Origin: an uncultured Campylobacter sp.
GTDB lineage: Bacteria; Campylobacterota; Campylobacteria; Campylobacterales; Campylobacteraceae
Length of the DNA: 35,856 nt
Reading direction: 5' to 3'
NCBI GenBank assembly: GCA_963525765.1
Contig: CAURMQ010000001.1
Span: 1 to 35,856 of the forward strand
The notes under the pieces are model-generated. The model saw only the letters and a list, made by a program, of their open reading frames with translations. It was not told the origin of the DNA and did no database searches. Positions within the stretch are counted from its first letter, which is position 1, and each line of letters opens with the position of its first letter. Shown here piece by piece: positions 18,737-28,867 of the stretch. The translations under genes were made by a program, and so were the position numbers.

Positions 18737-20155
18737 ATGCAAACTAAGCGTAAATTTTTATTGAGCGACGATTCGATTCTGCGGACGCTAGAGCGTGCGG
18801 GGCTGAAATGTCGCAAGGTAAAGATCGCTTGGTTTTATACTTCGTTCTATCCCGAAATTTACTACATCCGCCAAAACGACGAATGCTCTTTGCACCATAA
18901 AAAAGAGGATCTTGACAGACAAACTCTAAATTTTAAAATTTCAAAAGATGATTTCAAAGAGGCTTTAAAAAGCAGGATCGCCCGAGTCGTGCAAAAGAAC
19001 CGTTACGGCTTTGCCAGTGACGAAGCGGAGTTTTGGCTAGAGCTTTACGGCGGCGAGCTAAGCACGCTCGTGATTTTACGAGCGAAATTTCAAAGCGAGG
19101 CGGCAAGCGCAAATTTTGATTTTGCAAAAACCTTCGGCAGCACCGATTTTTGCGAGATCACCGACGATTATCGCTACAAAAGCCGCTATCTGGCGCGCTA
19201 CGGTATCCCGCCGCGCTCGCTTGATTTCGCGCACGCCCGCAGTGTTTTTAAAAAATTTAGCCGAGTTAAATTTTTCGCGCCGCCCTATGCGGACAGCGTT
19301 AAGCTCGCGCGTTTGGCGCTTGAGCTAGCGTGGACGAGGGCGTGCGGCGCAAAGAGCGAATATCAAAAAAGCCTAGCCCCCGAAGCGCTTCACGAGCTGC
19401 GCGTGCAGATTCGTAAATTTAGAGCCGTTTTGAAGCTATCCGCGCCGCTTTTCGAAGCTGAAAAAAAGGATGAAATTTTAAAACTCCTCGCAGAATTTAT
19501 GAGCCGCAGCAATCAGCTGCGAGACCTTCACGTTTTTGCGGAGTTTTTAAAAGCCGACGACGCGCCTGCGAGCTTTTTGCAGCAGCTAAATCTTATCGCG
19601 AAGCGCTCGGAGGATAAAATTTTGGAATTTCTTTCTAGCGCGGAATTTACGAATTTAAGCGGCGCTATTAGCGGCTTTCTAAGCGGCGCGGACGGCATCT
19701 ACGCACGCAGCGAATATGAAAAAATTTCAAAAAAGTTCGCCTCCGCCCGCCTCTGCAAGCTGATTAAAAGCTTGCGCGCGGAGCTAAAAAATTTAAAGCA
19801 AGGCTCATCGCTGCAGGCATTTCACGACGTGCGTATAGGGCTAAAGAGGCTGCGATACGCGCTTGAAATTTTTGCAAGAAGCTTTGATGAAGGCTGCGTC
19901 AGAGAGCTGTTTAAGCGCACCAAGGCTGCCTGCGAGGATTTCGGCGCGCTGCAAGATATCAGCGTGTGGCAAAATTTCATCGCGATCTATCAAAAAGCAA
20001 GCGATAAAAGCGGCGTCGCGTTTGCGTATCTGCTGGCTCTGGACGCCCGCTTAAACGACCGCCGCGCCGAGCTGGAGGAAAAAATTTTAAATGAAAAAGA
20101 GCCTCTTTTACGCGCTCTGAAAAGATCGCTGCGTAAAATCAAAGCATACGAATAA
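18737..20155 (+). CDS. CYTH-like plus CHAD domain protein
   Basis: N-terminus RKFLL...K.RY...EIT.D.RY (CYTH-like); C-terminus LHELRVQIRKFR...RDLHV and FHDVRIGLKRLRY...GALQD (CHAD). Confidence 0.8.
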   Translation: MQTKRKFLLSDDSILRTLERAGLKCRKVKIAWFYTSFYPEIYYIRQNDECSLHHKKEDLDRQTLNFKISKDDFKEALKSRIARVVQKNRYGFASDEAEFWLELYGGELSTLVILRAKFQSEAASANFDFAKTFGSTDFCEITDDYRYKSRYLARYGIPPRSLDFAHARSVFKKFSRVKFFAPPYADSVKLARLALELAWTRACGAKSEYQKSLAPEALHELRVQIRKFRAVLKLSAPLFEAEKKDEILKLLAEFMSRSNQLRDLHVFAEFLKADDAPASFLQQLNLIAKRSEDKILEFLSSAEFTNLSGAISGFLSGADGIYARSEYEKISKKFASARLCKLIKSLRAELKNLKQGSSLQAFHDVRIGLKRLRYALEIFARSFDEGCVRELFKRTKAACEDFGALQDISVWQNFIAIYQKASDKSGVAFAYLLALDARLNDRRAELEEKILNEKEPLLRALKRSLRKIKAYE

Positions 20156-20164
20156 GGAAAGTCC

Positions 20165-20893
20165 GTGCAAAAACAGGAAAAAATCATAAAGATGTTCGAC
20201 GAAATCGCGCCTACCTACGATCTGGCAAACCGCGCCATCAGCTTCGGCGTGGACGTTTCGTGGCGCAAAAAAGCGGTCAAACTAACGCTTGAAAAGCTTA
20301 AAGGAAGGCTCGTGAGTATCGCCGACGTCGCGTGCGGTACGGGCGATATGATAAGCTCATGGCGCGACGGCGCGGCTCAGCACGGCGTGCAGATCGAGCG
20401 GATCGTAGGGATCGATCCTAGCGAAGGGATGCTCGAAGTGGCGAGGCAAAAATTCCCTGGCTGCGAGTTTATCAAAGCAACCGCGGGCGCCACGACGTTA
20501 GATGATGCAAGCGTGGATATTTTAAGCATCAGCTATGGCATAAGAAACGTCGTGGAGCTGGACGCGGCGCTTGCGGAGTTTAATCGGATCATCAAACCGG
20601 GCGGCTCGCTCGTGGTTTTGGAATTTACCAAAGCCGCTAGCGGCGGGCTCGCGTTTAAAATCAGAGATTTTTACGTGAGCAAAATTTTGCCCAAAATCGG
20701 CGCCTTCATCTCAAAAAACAAAGAAGCCTACGAGTATCTGCCAAGCTCCATCGGCAGCTTCCTAGACGCCGCGAGCTTTAGCGAAAAGCTCAAAAACGCG
20801 GGCTTTGAGCTGCGCGTGCAAAAGGGCTTCAGCTTCGACGTCAGCACGCTTTTCATCGCGGAGAAAATCGCGCGGAAGAGCGACGATGCTTAG
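20165..20893 (+). CDS. ubiE: UbiE/MenG family quinone C-methyltransferase
   Basis: MFDEIAPTYDLAN, DVACGTGD, SYGIRNV, VLEFT, AYEYLPSSI. Confidence 0.92.
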   Translation: MQKQEKIIKMFDEIAPTYDLANRAISFGVDVSWRKKAVKLTLEKLKGRLVSIADVACGTGDMISSWRDGAAQHGVQIERIVGIDPSEGMLEVARQKFPGCEFIKATAGATTLDDASVDILSISYGIRNVVELDAALAEFNRIIKPGGSLVVLEFTKAASGGLAFKIRDFYVSKILPKIGAFISKNKEAYEYLPSSIGSFLDAASFSEKLKNAGFELRVQKGFSFDVSTLFIAEKIARKSDDA

Positions 20894-22052
20894 CGTAAGC
20901 GAGCTAAACGCCCAAGCCAAGGCGCTTTTGGAGACGAGCTTTAGCTTCGTCGAAGTCGAGGGCGAAATATCTAAGCTTAGAATTCAAAGCACGAGCGGAC
21001 ACTGGTATTTCACGATCAAAGACGCGAGCTCGGCGATCGATTGCGCGATGTTTAAATTTAATGCCGCGCGGATAAATTTTATCCCCGCCGTCGGCGATAA
21101 GCTCATCGTAAGCGGCAAAGTCTCGCTATACGCCCCCACGGGCGCGTATCAGATCCAGGTCTCAAACATCCGCAAAAGCGGCGAGGGTGAGCTGGAAGCG
21201 GCGTTTGCCGCGCTAAAAGATAAACTTAGCAAAGAGGGTCTTTTTGATGCCGCGCATAAAAAGCAGCTTCCGAAATTTGCCCAAAGCATCGCGATCATCA
21301 CAAGCGCGGGCTCCGCGGCGCAGGCAGATATGCTTCGCACGGCGCAGGACCGCTTCGCGCTTTGCAAGATCGATCTGTATAACGCGCTAGTGCAAGGCGA
21401 GAGCGCGCCTGCTTCGATCATAAGTGCGCTGCGCGCAGCCGACGAGAAGGGCTACGATGCGATCGTAATCGCTCGTGGCGGCGGCTCACGCGAGGATCTG
21501 TGGTGCTTCAACGACGAGGCTCTGGCGCGCGCGATCTATGCAGCCAAAACGCCCGTCATCTCGGCGGTCGGGCACGAGATTGATTTTAGCATCAGTGATT
21601 TCGTAGCCGATCACCGAAGCCTCACGCCTACCGCCGCGATGATAGATCTGCTGCCCGATATTTGCGCGATCTTTCAGAGCTTAGACGGCATAAGCGACGC
21701 ATTTGATAGGCTGATAAAAGATAAAATTTTATCCGCACAAAACGCGCTGAGCCTCGCAGCTCTGGAGCTTAGATCAAAATCTATCGAGCCGAAAATTTCA
21801 GGCTCGCTCGCGGGGCTTTCAAATTTAGAGCTTAAATTTAAAAGCTTCGTGGCCTCCAAACTAAGCGCTGCGGAGCACGTGCTAAGCGCAAAGGATGAAC
21901 TTTTGGCGCAAAAGGCGAAATTTTTTGAGATCACCAAAGACCTCGTTCAAATCCAAAAGGGCGGCAAAACGGTGGCCCTAGGTGAGCTTGCCGCGGGCGA
22001 CGAGTTCGTCCTTTGCTCGCAGCAGCTTAGCAAAAATGCAAAAATCATCTAA
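20886..22052 (+). CDS. xseA: Exodeoxyribonuclease VII large subunit
   Basis: [51 protein letters not shown] 20886 overlaps the ubiE end. Confidence 0.95.
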   Translation: MLSVSELNAQAKALLETSFSFVEVEGEISKLRIQSTSGHWYFTIKDASSAIDCAMFKFNAARINFIPAVGDKLIVSGKVSLYAPTGAYQIQVSNIRKSGEGELEAAFAALKDKLSKEGLFDAAHKKQLPKFAQSIAIITSAGSAAQADMLRTAQDRFALCKIDLYNALVQGESAPASIISALRAADEKGYDAIVIARGGGSREDLWCFNDEALARAIYAAKTPVISAVGHEIDFSISDFVADHRSLTPTAAMIDLLPDICAIFQSLDGISDAFDRLIKDKILSAQNALSLAALELRSKSIEPKISGSLAGLSNLELKFKSFVASKLSAAEHVLSAKDELLAQKAKFFEITKDLVQIQKGGKTVALGELAAGDEFVLCSQQLSKNAKII

Positions 22053-22062
22053 AGGAGACAAA

Positions 22063-23139
22063 ATGGATAGGGTTTTAAATTTTAGCGCAGGACCTAGCAC
22101 CATCCCGCTGGGCGTGCTAAAGCAGGCGCAAGAGGAGCTGCTAAACTACGCAGGGCAAGGATTTTCGATAATGGAGATCTCGCACCGCACCAAAATTTTC
22201 GAGGAGGTTTTGCATAGCGCGATGAGCCGCGTGCGCGATCTCTACGGCTTTTCGGACGATTTTACGATTTTATTTTTGCAAGGCGGCGCGAGCCTGCAAT
22301 TCGCGCAGGTGCCGATGAACCTATACGCGGGCGGCGTCGCAGAATACGCTAACACGGGTAACTGGACGAGCAAAGCGATCAAGGAAGCGGGCGTGCTCGG
22401 CATAAACTACCGCGTGGTCGCAAGTAGCGAGGATAGTAAATTCGACCGCATCCCCGAGGTTAAATTTTCTGACGACGCCGATTACGGCTACATCTGCTCG
22501 AATAACACGATCTACGGCACGCAGTATCCGCAGCTGCCGCAGTGCGCCTGCCCGCTCGTAGTCGATAGCTCGAGCGATCTGTTTTCGCGGCCGGTGGAGC
22601 TTAGCAACGTGGGGATGTTTTACGGCGGCATTCAGAAAAACGGCGGTCCCGCGGGCGTTACGATGGTTGCAATCCGCAAGGATCTGCTGGACCGCGCGAA
22701 CCCTAAAACGCCGATGATCCTGCGCTACAAGACGCAGGCGGACGCGGACTCGATGAGCAACACCCCGAATACTTTCGGAATTTACATGCTAAATTTAATG
22801 CTCGGCTGGATCAAGGACGAAATCGGCGGGCTCGCGGCGATGCACGAGCGCAACAAGCGCAAAGCGGCGCTACTTTATGGCGCGATCGATGCTAGCGGCG
22901 GCTTCTACCGCGGCCACGCGCAAAAAACTAGCCGTAGCCTGATGAACGTGAGCTTTAATATCGCAGATGCTGCGCTTGAGCCGGTTTTCGTCGCGCAAGC
23001 GGAGGCGGAGGGGATGATCGGGCTTAAAGGACACCGCGTCTTAGGCGGCATCCGCGCCTCGATCTACAACGCGATAAACTACGAAGACGTTGAAAAACTA
23101 GTCTCCTTTATGAGCGAGTTTGCGCGCAAAAACGGCTAG
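22063..23139 (+). CDS. serC: Phosphoserine aminotransferase
   Basis: [58 protein letters not shown]. Confidence 0.96.
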   Translation: MDRVLNFSAGPSTIPLGVLKQAQEELLNYAGQGFSIMEISHRTKIFEEVLHSAMSRVRDLYGFSDDFTILFLQGGASLQFAQVPMNLYAGGVAEYANTGNWTSKAIKEAGVLGINYRVVASSEDSKFDRIPEVKFSDDADYGYICSNNTIYGTQYPQLPQCACPLVVDSSSDLFSRPVELSNVGMFYGGIQKNGGPAGVTMVAIRKDLLDRANPKTPMILRYKTQADADSMSNTPNTFGIYMLNLMLGWIKDEIGGLAAMHERNKRKAALLYGAIDASGGFYRGHAQKTSRSLMNVSFNIADAALEPVFVAQAEAEGMIGLKGHRVLGGIRASIYNAINYEDVEKLVSFMSEFARKNG

Positions 23140-23554
23140 CGGCGGTTAAATTTAGGGGGTTTGAACGCGGCTCGCGCTTATAGACGAGATTGTTTAGGAT
23201 CCGCGCTTGCCTTGCCGCTAAGCTGGTATTTGTGATAACTCTCGCTTTTATAGCCGGTATTTTACGGCAGAAATAGCTTTGATGCGGCTTGAATTTCGCT
23301 GCTAGAATTTTATTGAAGGCAAAATTTTATGATGTTAAATTTTGCATTGGATGAAGTCTGATGGCTTTGATTTTGCAGCGGTGAGCGGACTTGGCGCTGC
23401 TGGGATTTATTAGGTAGGATTTAATATTTAAAACGCTATTATCGGTGTTCGAGGATGGGAGGCGGTTTATTTATGTAGGCGCAGGTTTAGCGTATCTAGC
23501 GCCTAAATTTAAGCTTAACCCTAAAAACAGGCAAAATTAAACGAAAGGATTTAA

Positions 23555-23794
23555 ATGAGTTTTAAGAGATTTTTTGCAGTAGCGCTTGCGGTGGGCGCTT
23601 TCGCTTCGGTGAGCGCAGAGGCTAGCGCTGCTGGGGATTTTTGTATCAAAAACGGCGGCGAGCTGATCGTCCGCAAAGACGGCAATGGCGTGGACTACAC
23701 CGTTTGTAAGCTGCCTGACGGTACTATGATCGACGCTGAAGAATTTTATAAAACAGGCGGCGATTTGAGTAAATTTAAGAGCGTAAATCGATAG
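23555..23794 (+). CDS. Secreted DUF333-type small protein
   Basis: Signal peptide followed by A..FC.K.GG.L.......G.....C.LPDG; RBS AAAGGA. Confidence 0.75.
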   Translation: MSFKRFFAVALAVGAFASVSAEASAAGDFCIKNGGELIVRKDGNGVDYTVCKLPDGTMIDAEEFYKTGGDLSKFKSVNR

Positions 23795-24241
23795 AATTTT
23801 ATCGCTTGCGAGATTTGCAGCAGCGAAATTCCATAAAATTCTGCGTCAAAATTCCTCTTTAAAATTTAGATGAATTCTAACTAGCAAGCATTAGCGCAAG
23901 TAAATTATTTGGGTACCTCATACAAAGTGAGGGCAGCAGAGTGATGGAAGGAATTCAATTATCCAAATGTCAACGATGTGCGGAGATTTTGCTCCAGTAA
24001 GGCGCTGAAAGCAGTGGCTATGCAAGACAGAAACATTTTAAGTGATTTGACGCAACGTAGACAACCTGCTAGATTACTCGATTACGATGCAGATTTTTTT
24101 GGATATGTGATAAGCGTTTGCGCCCATACTTCCTGAACTTAAATTTTAGCCGTTCGTGGATGTCGCTTGCTTCCTTTTTTTTGAAAGGCTCAAATTTTAG
24201 TCGTTTGTGAGCGCTCATTCACTTCCTTTGCCCGCGTAAAT

Positions 24242-24928
24242 TTAGCGCGTAAAAACCACGACCTCGCCGCGCTCAAACGTGATCTGTCGCCCGGATAGAT
24301 ACAGCTCGAAGTACGGCTTTAAAAAGTCCTCCTGCGGCCTTTGCGCGTAGTTTGGATACTGCAAGTACACAGGTAGCAGATAGTCGCAGTTGATCGAATA
24401 GTACGCCTCGCCGAGCACCCATAGCTTCGTATCGAGCTTAGGCGAATCTATCATCCACTCCGTGATCGCCTCATAGACGGCGTGCGCAAGCTCATCTTTA
24501 TTATGCTCAAAATCAAAACCTTCCTGCACGCGAGCGGATTTTATCTGCTCAAGCATCTTTAAAAGCTCGCTCTTGCCTAGAAATTCTGCGAAAATTTTTA
24601 AATTTCGAACGTACGCTAAAGCTAGGCTCTTAAGCGCTTCGTCGTCAAATTTCGGATCCTGCGGCGGGCAAAAATACCCGGGCGCCACGCCTCGACCAAA
24701 CGCCTCTCGCGTCTGCTGCTCCGTGGCTGCGTAGACCGGCATTGTGCGCGCTTGCAGCGCTTCGCCGTTTTGCAGCGGCGCAAACACCGCCCGCACGCCC
24801 GTGCCCTCGGGCATAAAGCACTGAAAAAGCCCGTAAAGCTTATCCTGCAGATCGATCTCTTTGCAATCTAAATCAAGATCCAGCCCCGCAGCCTCGTCAA
24901 TGCGGCGCGCGTACTCGAAATTCGTCAT
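24242..24928 (-). CDS. Hypothetical acidic cytoplasmic protein
   Basis: 228-aa ORF with host-like codon usage and an AAGGG RBS; no family recognised. Confidence 0.7.
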   Translation of the reverse strand: MTNFEYARRIDEAAGLDLDLDCKEIDLQDKLYGLFQCFMPEGTGVRAVFAPLQNGEALQARTMPVYAATEQQTREAFGRGVAPGYFCPPQDPKFDDEALKSLALAYVRNLKIFAEFLGKSELLKMLEQIKSARVQEGFDFEHNKDELAHAVYEAITEWMIDSPKLDTKLWVLGEAYYSINCDYLLPVYLQYPNYAQRPQEDFLKPYFELYLSGRQITFERGEVVVFTR

Positions 24929-25599
24929 TTTCGCCCTTTTAAATTTTGGTCGTCAAAGCGTTTGGGTGGAATTTTACCTAAATTTTACGCATTTGCCGAA
25001 TTAAAATTTATGTGCGATGAGACTTTTGTAGAATTTAAAATTTAGCGGTTCGGTTTGGGCTCGGTACCGCGACAAAGCGGCAGAGCGATTGGCGGCGGCA
25101 GGTGTCGCGTGACGGGGTGATGAGCGGCGGCAGATGGGTTATCGCGCGGCGGGAGGAGGGCGGCGCCCGACGGCGGTACCTACGGCACGTGACGACGGGT
25201 GATAGCCGATGATCGCGACCGCAGCGCTCGCAGTCCACTTGCTCGCAAAAGCAGATTTTTCGCGCTCAGGCCGTCGCAAAATGGCGGGCGGTGTATTGGA
25301 CGACGGTCGCCGCCGCGGTATTCGCGGGCCGGTCACTTACAAAAGCGCTTTTCGCGTTCAGGGCGCGCATTAGCGGCGCAAGGTCGGCGGCATTATCCGA
25401 TCCGTTGCGCGCGAAATGAAATTTTATCGTTTAAATTCTAGAGCAAGACCTGCGCGTGCAGCGGTAAATTTGCTTGTAGTAATGAAATTTATCGTCCAAA
25501 TTTAGTAAAAGATAAAATTCCAAATCGCGCATTAAGTAGTGTGAAATTTTATTTGATTTTGCTTCGCCGCGCAGTGGTCTGCGCAGCCTGCTTTAAATT

Positions 25600-26103
25600 T
25601 TATTCTATCCCCGCAAATGCTGCTTTTGCGTCCGCCAGATCCTTCTCGTCCGGGTGTTTCGCAGCCTCCGCCCAGCGCGCAAGTCGCTCGGGGGTGATAG
25701 GATGGGGCGAGTTGCCGCCGGCCGCCATTTTGCGCATCGTTTCAAGCAGATTCGGATCAATCGCGCCCTGGCAGGCAAACTCCCTTATGATCTCGTTGCC
25801 GTTTGCTTTAAGCCCCTCTTCAAAGGTATCCAGGCACTTGCGCGAGTGCTCGCCGTCCGGCTCTGCGCCCAGAGTCATAAAAACGCCAAGCTTCTTGCCG
25901 TGAATCTTGCGTAAAAAGCGCATAAATTTCGCCTCTACTTCGCCCTTATCGACGTAAAAGCCCAAGGCTATGAAATCGTAGTCATCGACCTCGCCTTCAA
26001 AGTCGCGGAAATTTAGACTCTCGCAGCCCAGTTGCTCGGCGATCGCGTCGCCCACCTTTTTCGTGTTACCCGTTTGTGAGGTGTAAAGCACGATTTTTTT
26101 CAT
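25600..26103 (-). CDS. Flavodoxin-family protein, HmuF-like
   Basis: SQTGNT FMN loop, GFYVDKG, TLGA, CQGAID, and a cap segment with His at position 134 followed by ER..R..EAAKHPD. Confidence 0.85.
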   Translation of the reverse strand: MKKIVLYTSQTGNTKKVGDAIAEQLGCESLNFRDFEGEVDDYDFIALGFYVDKGEVEAKFMRFLRKIHGKKLGVFMTLGAEPDGEHSRKCLDTFEEGLKANGNEIIREFACQGAIDPNLLETMRKMAAGGNSPHPITPERLARWAEAAKHPDEKDLADAKAAFAGIE

Positions 26104-27314
26104 ACAAAATCCTTTCTAATAATGTTTGCTATCTCTTCGTTAATATTGTTGCCCCAAAAAATTCCGTCCAAGCTCAAGATCGATCTTTGATCTTTTAGCT
26201 CCAAAAGCCCCCAGCTCTCAAATTCTTTGAGTTTTTGCACCGCTTCGTCATAAACGCTCGCGCTTAGGCCGTCTTTTAGCGCGTTTAAATTTACGATCGG
26301 ATACTGAAAGAGGCTGCAAAGCACGCCGTATTTTGCCTCGCGCTCATCGATTCGCGAGATCATCTTATGTCCCGACACACCGTAAATTCCGAAGCCCGCT
26401 ATGTGTCCGCCCGCACCGTTGCCGATAGGCAGGATATCCGTGCCCTTGTGGCTTAGCTTGATGTAGCCGTAGTTATCGCGACCTTTTCGAGCAAGTTTGG
26501 TAAGCTCCAAAACCTCAAAATTCCCGCTTTGCAGCAGCGCCTCCGCGAAAGCGTGGTGCAGCTTTTTATCGGTCGGCAGATCGTAGTAGGAGGTGTCGAT
26601 CTTTTTGGATAGCTCCGAGCCTTCGAAAAACATCAGCGAGTAAAAGCTAGCGCTATCAAGTCCTAGCTCATTTACGTAGCGCGCATCCTCTAGCGCTTCC
26701 TCCACGCTTTCGTTCGGGAAGTTGTAGATAATGTCGCAGCAGAGCATGCCGTCAAATTTTTCTCTAAGATCCTTCAGTCGCTCGATTGCGCGAGCGGGCT
26801 TATGCACGCGGTTTAGAAGCGCGCGCCCCTGTCTGCTGAAGGTCTGCACGCCGATGCTAAAGCGGTTTACGCCGAAGCTTTGCAGGGCGAGCGCTTTTTG
26901 CGTATCTAGATTATGCAGGGTGGTCTCTACGCTGATCTCGCAGTCGTCTGCGATCTTAAAATTTTTATGCAGCGCGCCCAGAACCTTTTCGAAGTGAGCT
27001 TCGCTAAAGACACTCGGCGTGCCGCCGCCGAAGTAGATGCTTTTGACGCTTTTAGTATCGAAGTAGGGCATCTCGCCGTAGTCTTTGATCTGGCGGATCA
27101 AAAATTTAGCGTATTCGTCCAGCTCGTCGCCGAGTTTGGAGCGCATCATCGAACAAAACGAGCAGATGTTGTCGCAAAAGGGCACATGCAGATAGATCAC
27201 GCAATCGCTGTCTTTGGCGGGCTGCTCCAGCGCGTCGAACAGCTCGTTTTCGCTTGCGGAAACGCTCTCGAAAAGCTTGGAGCGGTGGTGGGATTTAATG
27301 CGTTCTTTAAACAT
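26100..27314 (-). CDS. HemN-like radical SAM protein, HmuW/ChuW-like heme-degrading candidate
   Basis: YLHVPFCDNICSFC (CxxxCxxC), YFGGGTPS, NRFSIGVQTF, G.GAGG; coupled to an iron-chelate ABC transporter. Confidence 0.8.
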   Translation of the reverse strand: MFKERIKSHHRSKLFESVSASENELFDALEQPAKDSDCVIYLHVPFCDNICSFCSMMRSKLGDELDEYAKFLIRQIKDYGEMPYFDTKSVKSIYFGGGTPSVFSEAHFEKVLGALHKNFKIADDCEISVETTLHNLDTQKALALQSFGVNRFSIGVQTFSRQGRALLNRVHKPARAIERLKDLREKFDGMLCCDIIYNFPNESVEEALEDARYVNELGLDSASFYSLMFFEGSELSKKIDTSYYDLPTDKKLHHAFAEALLQSGNFEVLELTKLARKGRDNYGYIKLSHKGTDILPIGNGAGGHIAGFGIYGVSGHKMISRIDEREAKYGVLCSLFQYPIVNLNALKDGLSASVYDEAVQKLKEFESWGLLELKDQRSILSLDGIFWGNNINEEIANIIRKDFV

Positions 27315-28097
27315 CTATTTCGTTGCCTCCGCGTAAATTTCATCCACCGTCTCGCCGATCTGCGGGCTGCCCCGCAAGATGAGCGTCGGAGCTTTTAAAA
27401 TTTTGCCCGATTTTACCGCTTTGGTATTTCTAAGAATCGGATTTGCCTTTAAAAAATCCTCCGTCTCGCCGCCCACGACGACGATTATATCGGGGTTTTG
27501 CTCGAGGATGTATTCGGCAGATACCGAAGGTGTACTGCCTTTTAGGCCGTCTGCGATGTTTTTAGCGCCGAGGCGAGCGAAAATGTCGCCGATGAGGGTT
27601 TTGTCGTTAAAAGCCATAGTGGCGTTTGAGCCGAAAAACATAGCCACTTTTTTGCCGCGAAGCGCGGGTTTGTTTGCAAAAATTCCATCCATCTGCGCGC
27701 AAATTTTATCCGCCTCGCTCTGTTTTTTTACGATTGCGGCGACCTTCTTTACGTTTTGGCAGATCTCTGCGGTGGAGTTCGCATCCATCGCAAGGCTCTT
27801 AAGTCCCAGCTTTTGTAGATTCTCGCTAACGCCTGCAGAGTGAAAGCTCGTGATGACCAGATCGGGCTTAAGCTCGACGATTTTTTCTAGATTGGGCTTT
27901 ACGTAGGTGCCAACGCTTGGTAGTTTCGCGGTTTCTGCCTCCGGGCGGATCTTGCTCATCGAGGTAGTTGAGATCGCAGCGATCTGATCCTGCGCCCCCA
28001 AAGCATAGATGATCTCGACTGCGGCGGGGTCGAGCACTACCAGGCCTTTGGCGAGTGCAAAACTCGTCGAAAGCAAAGCTATAAGAATTTTTTTCAT
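27315..28097 (-). CDS. Heme/iron-chelate ABC transporter substrate-binding protein
   Basis: Signal peptide, EIIYALGA, LPSVGTYVKPNLEKIVELKPDLVI, SAEYILEQNPD. Confidence 0.85.
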   Translation of the reverse strand: MKKILIALLSTSFALAKGLVVLDPAAVEIIYALGAQDQIAAISTTSMSKIRPEAETAKLPSVGTYVKPNLEKIVELKPDLVITSFHSAGVSENLQKLGLKSLAMDANSTAEICQNVKKVAAIVKKQSEADKICAQMDGIFANKPALRGKKVAMFFGSNATMAFNDKTLIGDIFARLGAKNIADGLKGSTPSVSAEYILEQNPDIIVVVGGETEDFLKANPILRNTKAVKSGKILKAPTLILRGSPQIGETVDEIYAEATK

Positions 28098-28867
28098 AAT
28101 TTCTCCTTTTTGGGTAGTATAAACTTTACCCCGTTTTCTTCTACTATTAAGGCTTCAAAGCCGTAAATTTCTTTTATGATCTGCGGCGTAAAAAGCTCGC
28201 TCGCACTGCCGCGATACCTCACTGCGCCGTCTTTTAGCATCAAAATTTCATCGCAAAACAGCGAGGCTAAATTTAGATCGTGCAGCACGATGACGCTCGT
28301 TAAATTTAGCGTTTTGGTTAAATTTTCGCAGATCCTCATCGCCTCGATCGCGTAGTTCATATCAAGCGCGCCCGTGGGCTCATCGAGCAGTAAAATTTCA
28401 GGCTCGCTTACGAGCGCTCTGGCAAGCAGCACACGCCCGAACTCGCCGCCGCTTAGCTCAAACGCGCTGCGATTTAAAAATTTTTTCACATCCAAAAGCT
28501 CGGCGATTCGCTCTACCTTGTCGCGGTCGCTCGCATCGTAGCCGCTAAATGCGCTTTTTAGGCGGCAAAATCTGCCCGCAAGTAAAATTTCATTCACGTT
28601 TAGCGCGGCTGCGAGGGCTGTTTTTTGCGGCACGAAGCCGATTAGCGCCGCAAGCTCTTTTAGGCTATACTCGCTTGCCTTTTTGCCGTTTATTTCGATG
28701 ATCCCGCTTGCAGGCTTTAAAATTTGCAAGATGTTTTTTAGCAAAGTGCTTTTACCGCAGCCGTTGGGACCCAAAATCCCGTAAAATTTACCCCGTTTTA
28801 AATTTAACTCGATGCCTCGCAAAATCGCTCGCTTGCCGTAGCTGAAGTTTAGCGCCGAAATTTTCAT
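28094..28867 (-). CDS. Iron-chelate ABC transporter ATPase
   Basis: GPNGCGKST, LSGGE, LLLDEPT, VLHDLNLA. Confidence 0.92.
   Translation of the reverse strand: MKISALNFSYGKRAILRGIELNLKRGKFYGILGPNGCGKSTLLKNILQILKPASGIIEINGKKASEYSLKELAALIGFVPQKTALAAALNVNEILLAGRFCRLKSAFSGYDASDRDKVERIAELLDVKKFLNRSAFELSGGEFGRVLLARALVSEPEILLLDEPTGALDMNYAIEAMRICENLTKTLNLTSVIVLHDLNLASLFCDEILMLKDGAVRYRGSASELFTPQIIKEIYGFEALIVEENGVKFILPKKEKL

Noticed and set aside
23140..23554. Possible riboswitch, tRNA or sRNA after serC
   Set aside because: No recognisable conserved RNA motif or strong stem. No tRNA or rRNA was recognised anywhere in the window by eye.
25035..25441. Three short ORFs in the GC-rich tract
   Set aside because: Arg/Pro-rich, no RBS; expected in stop-poor GC-rich DNA.
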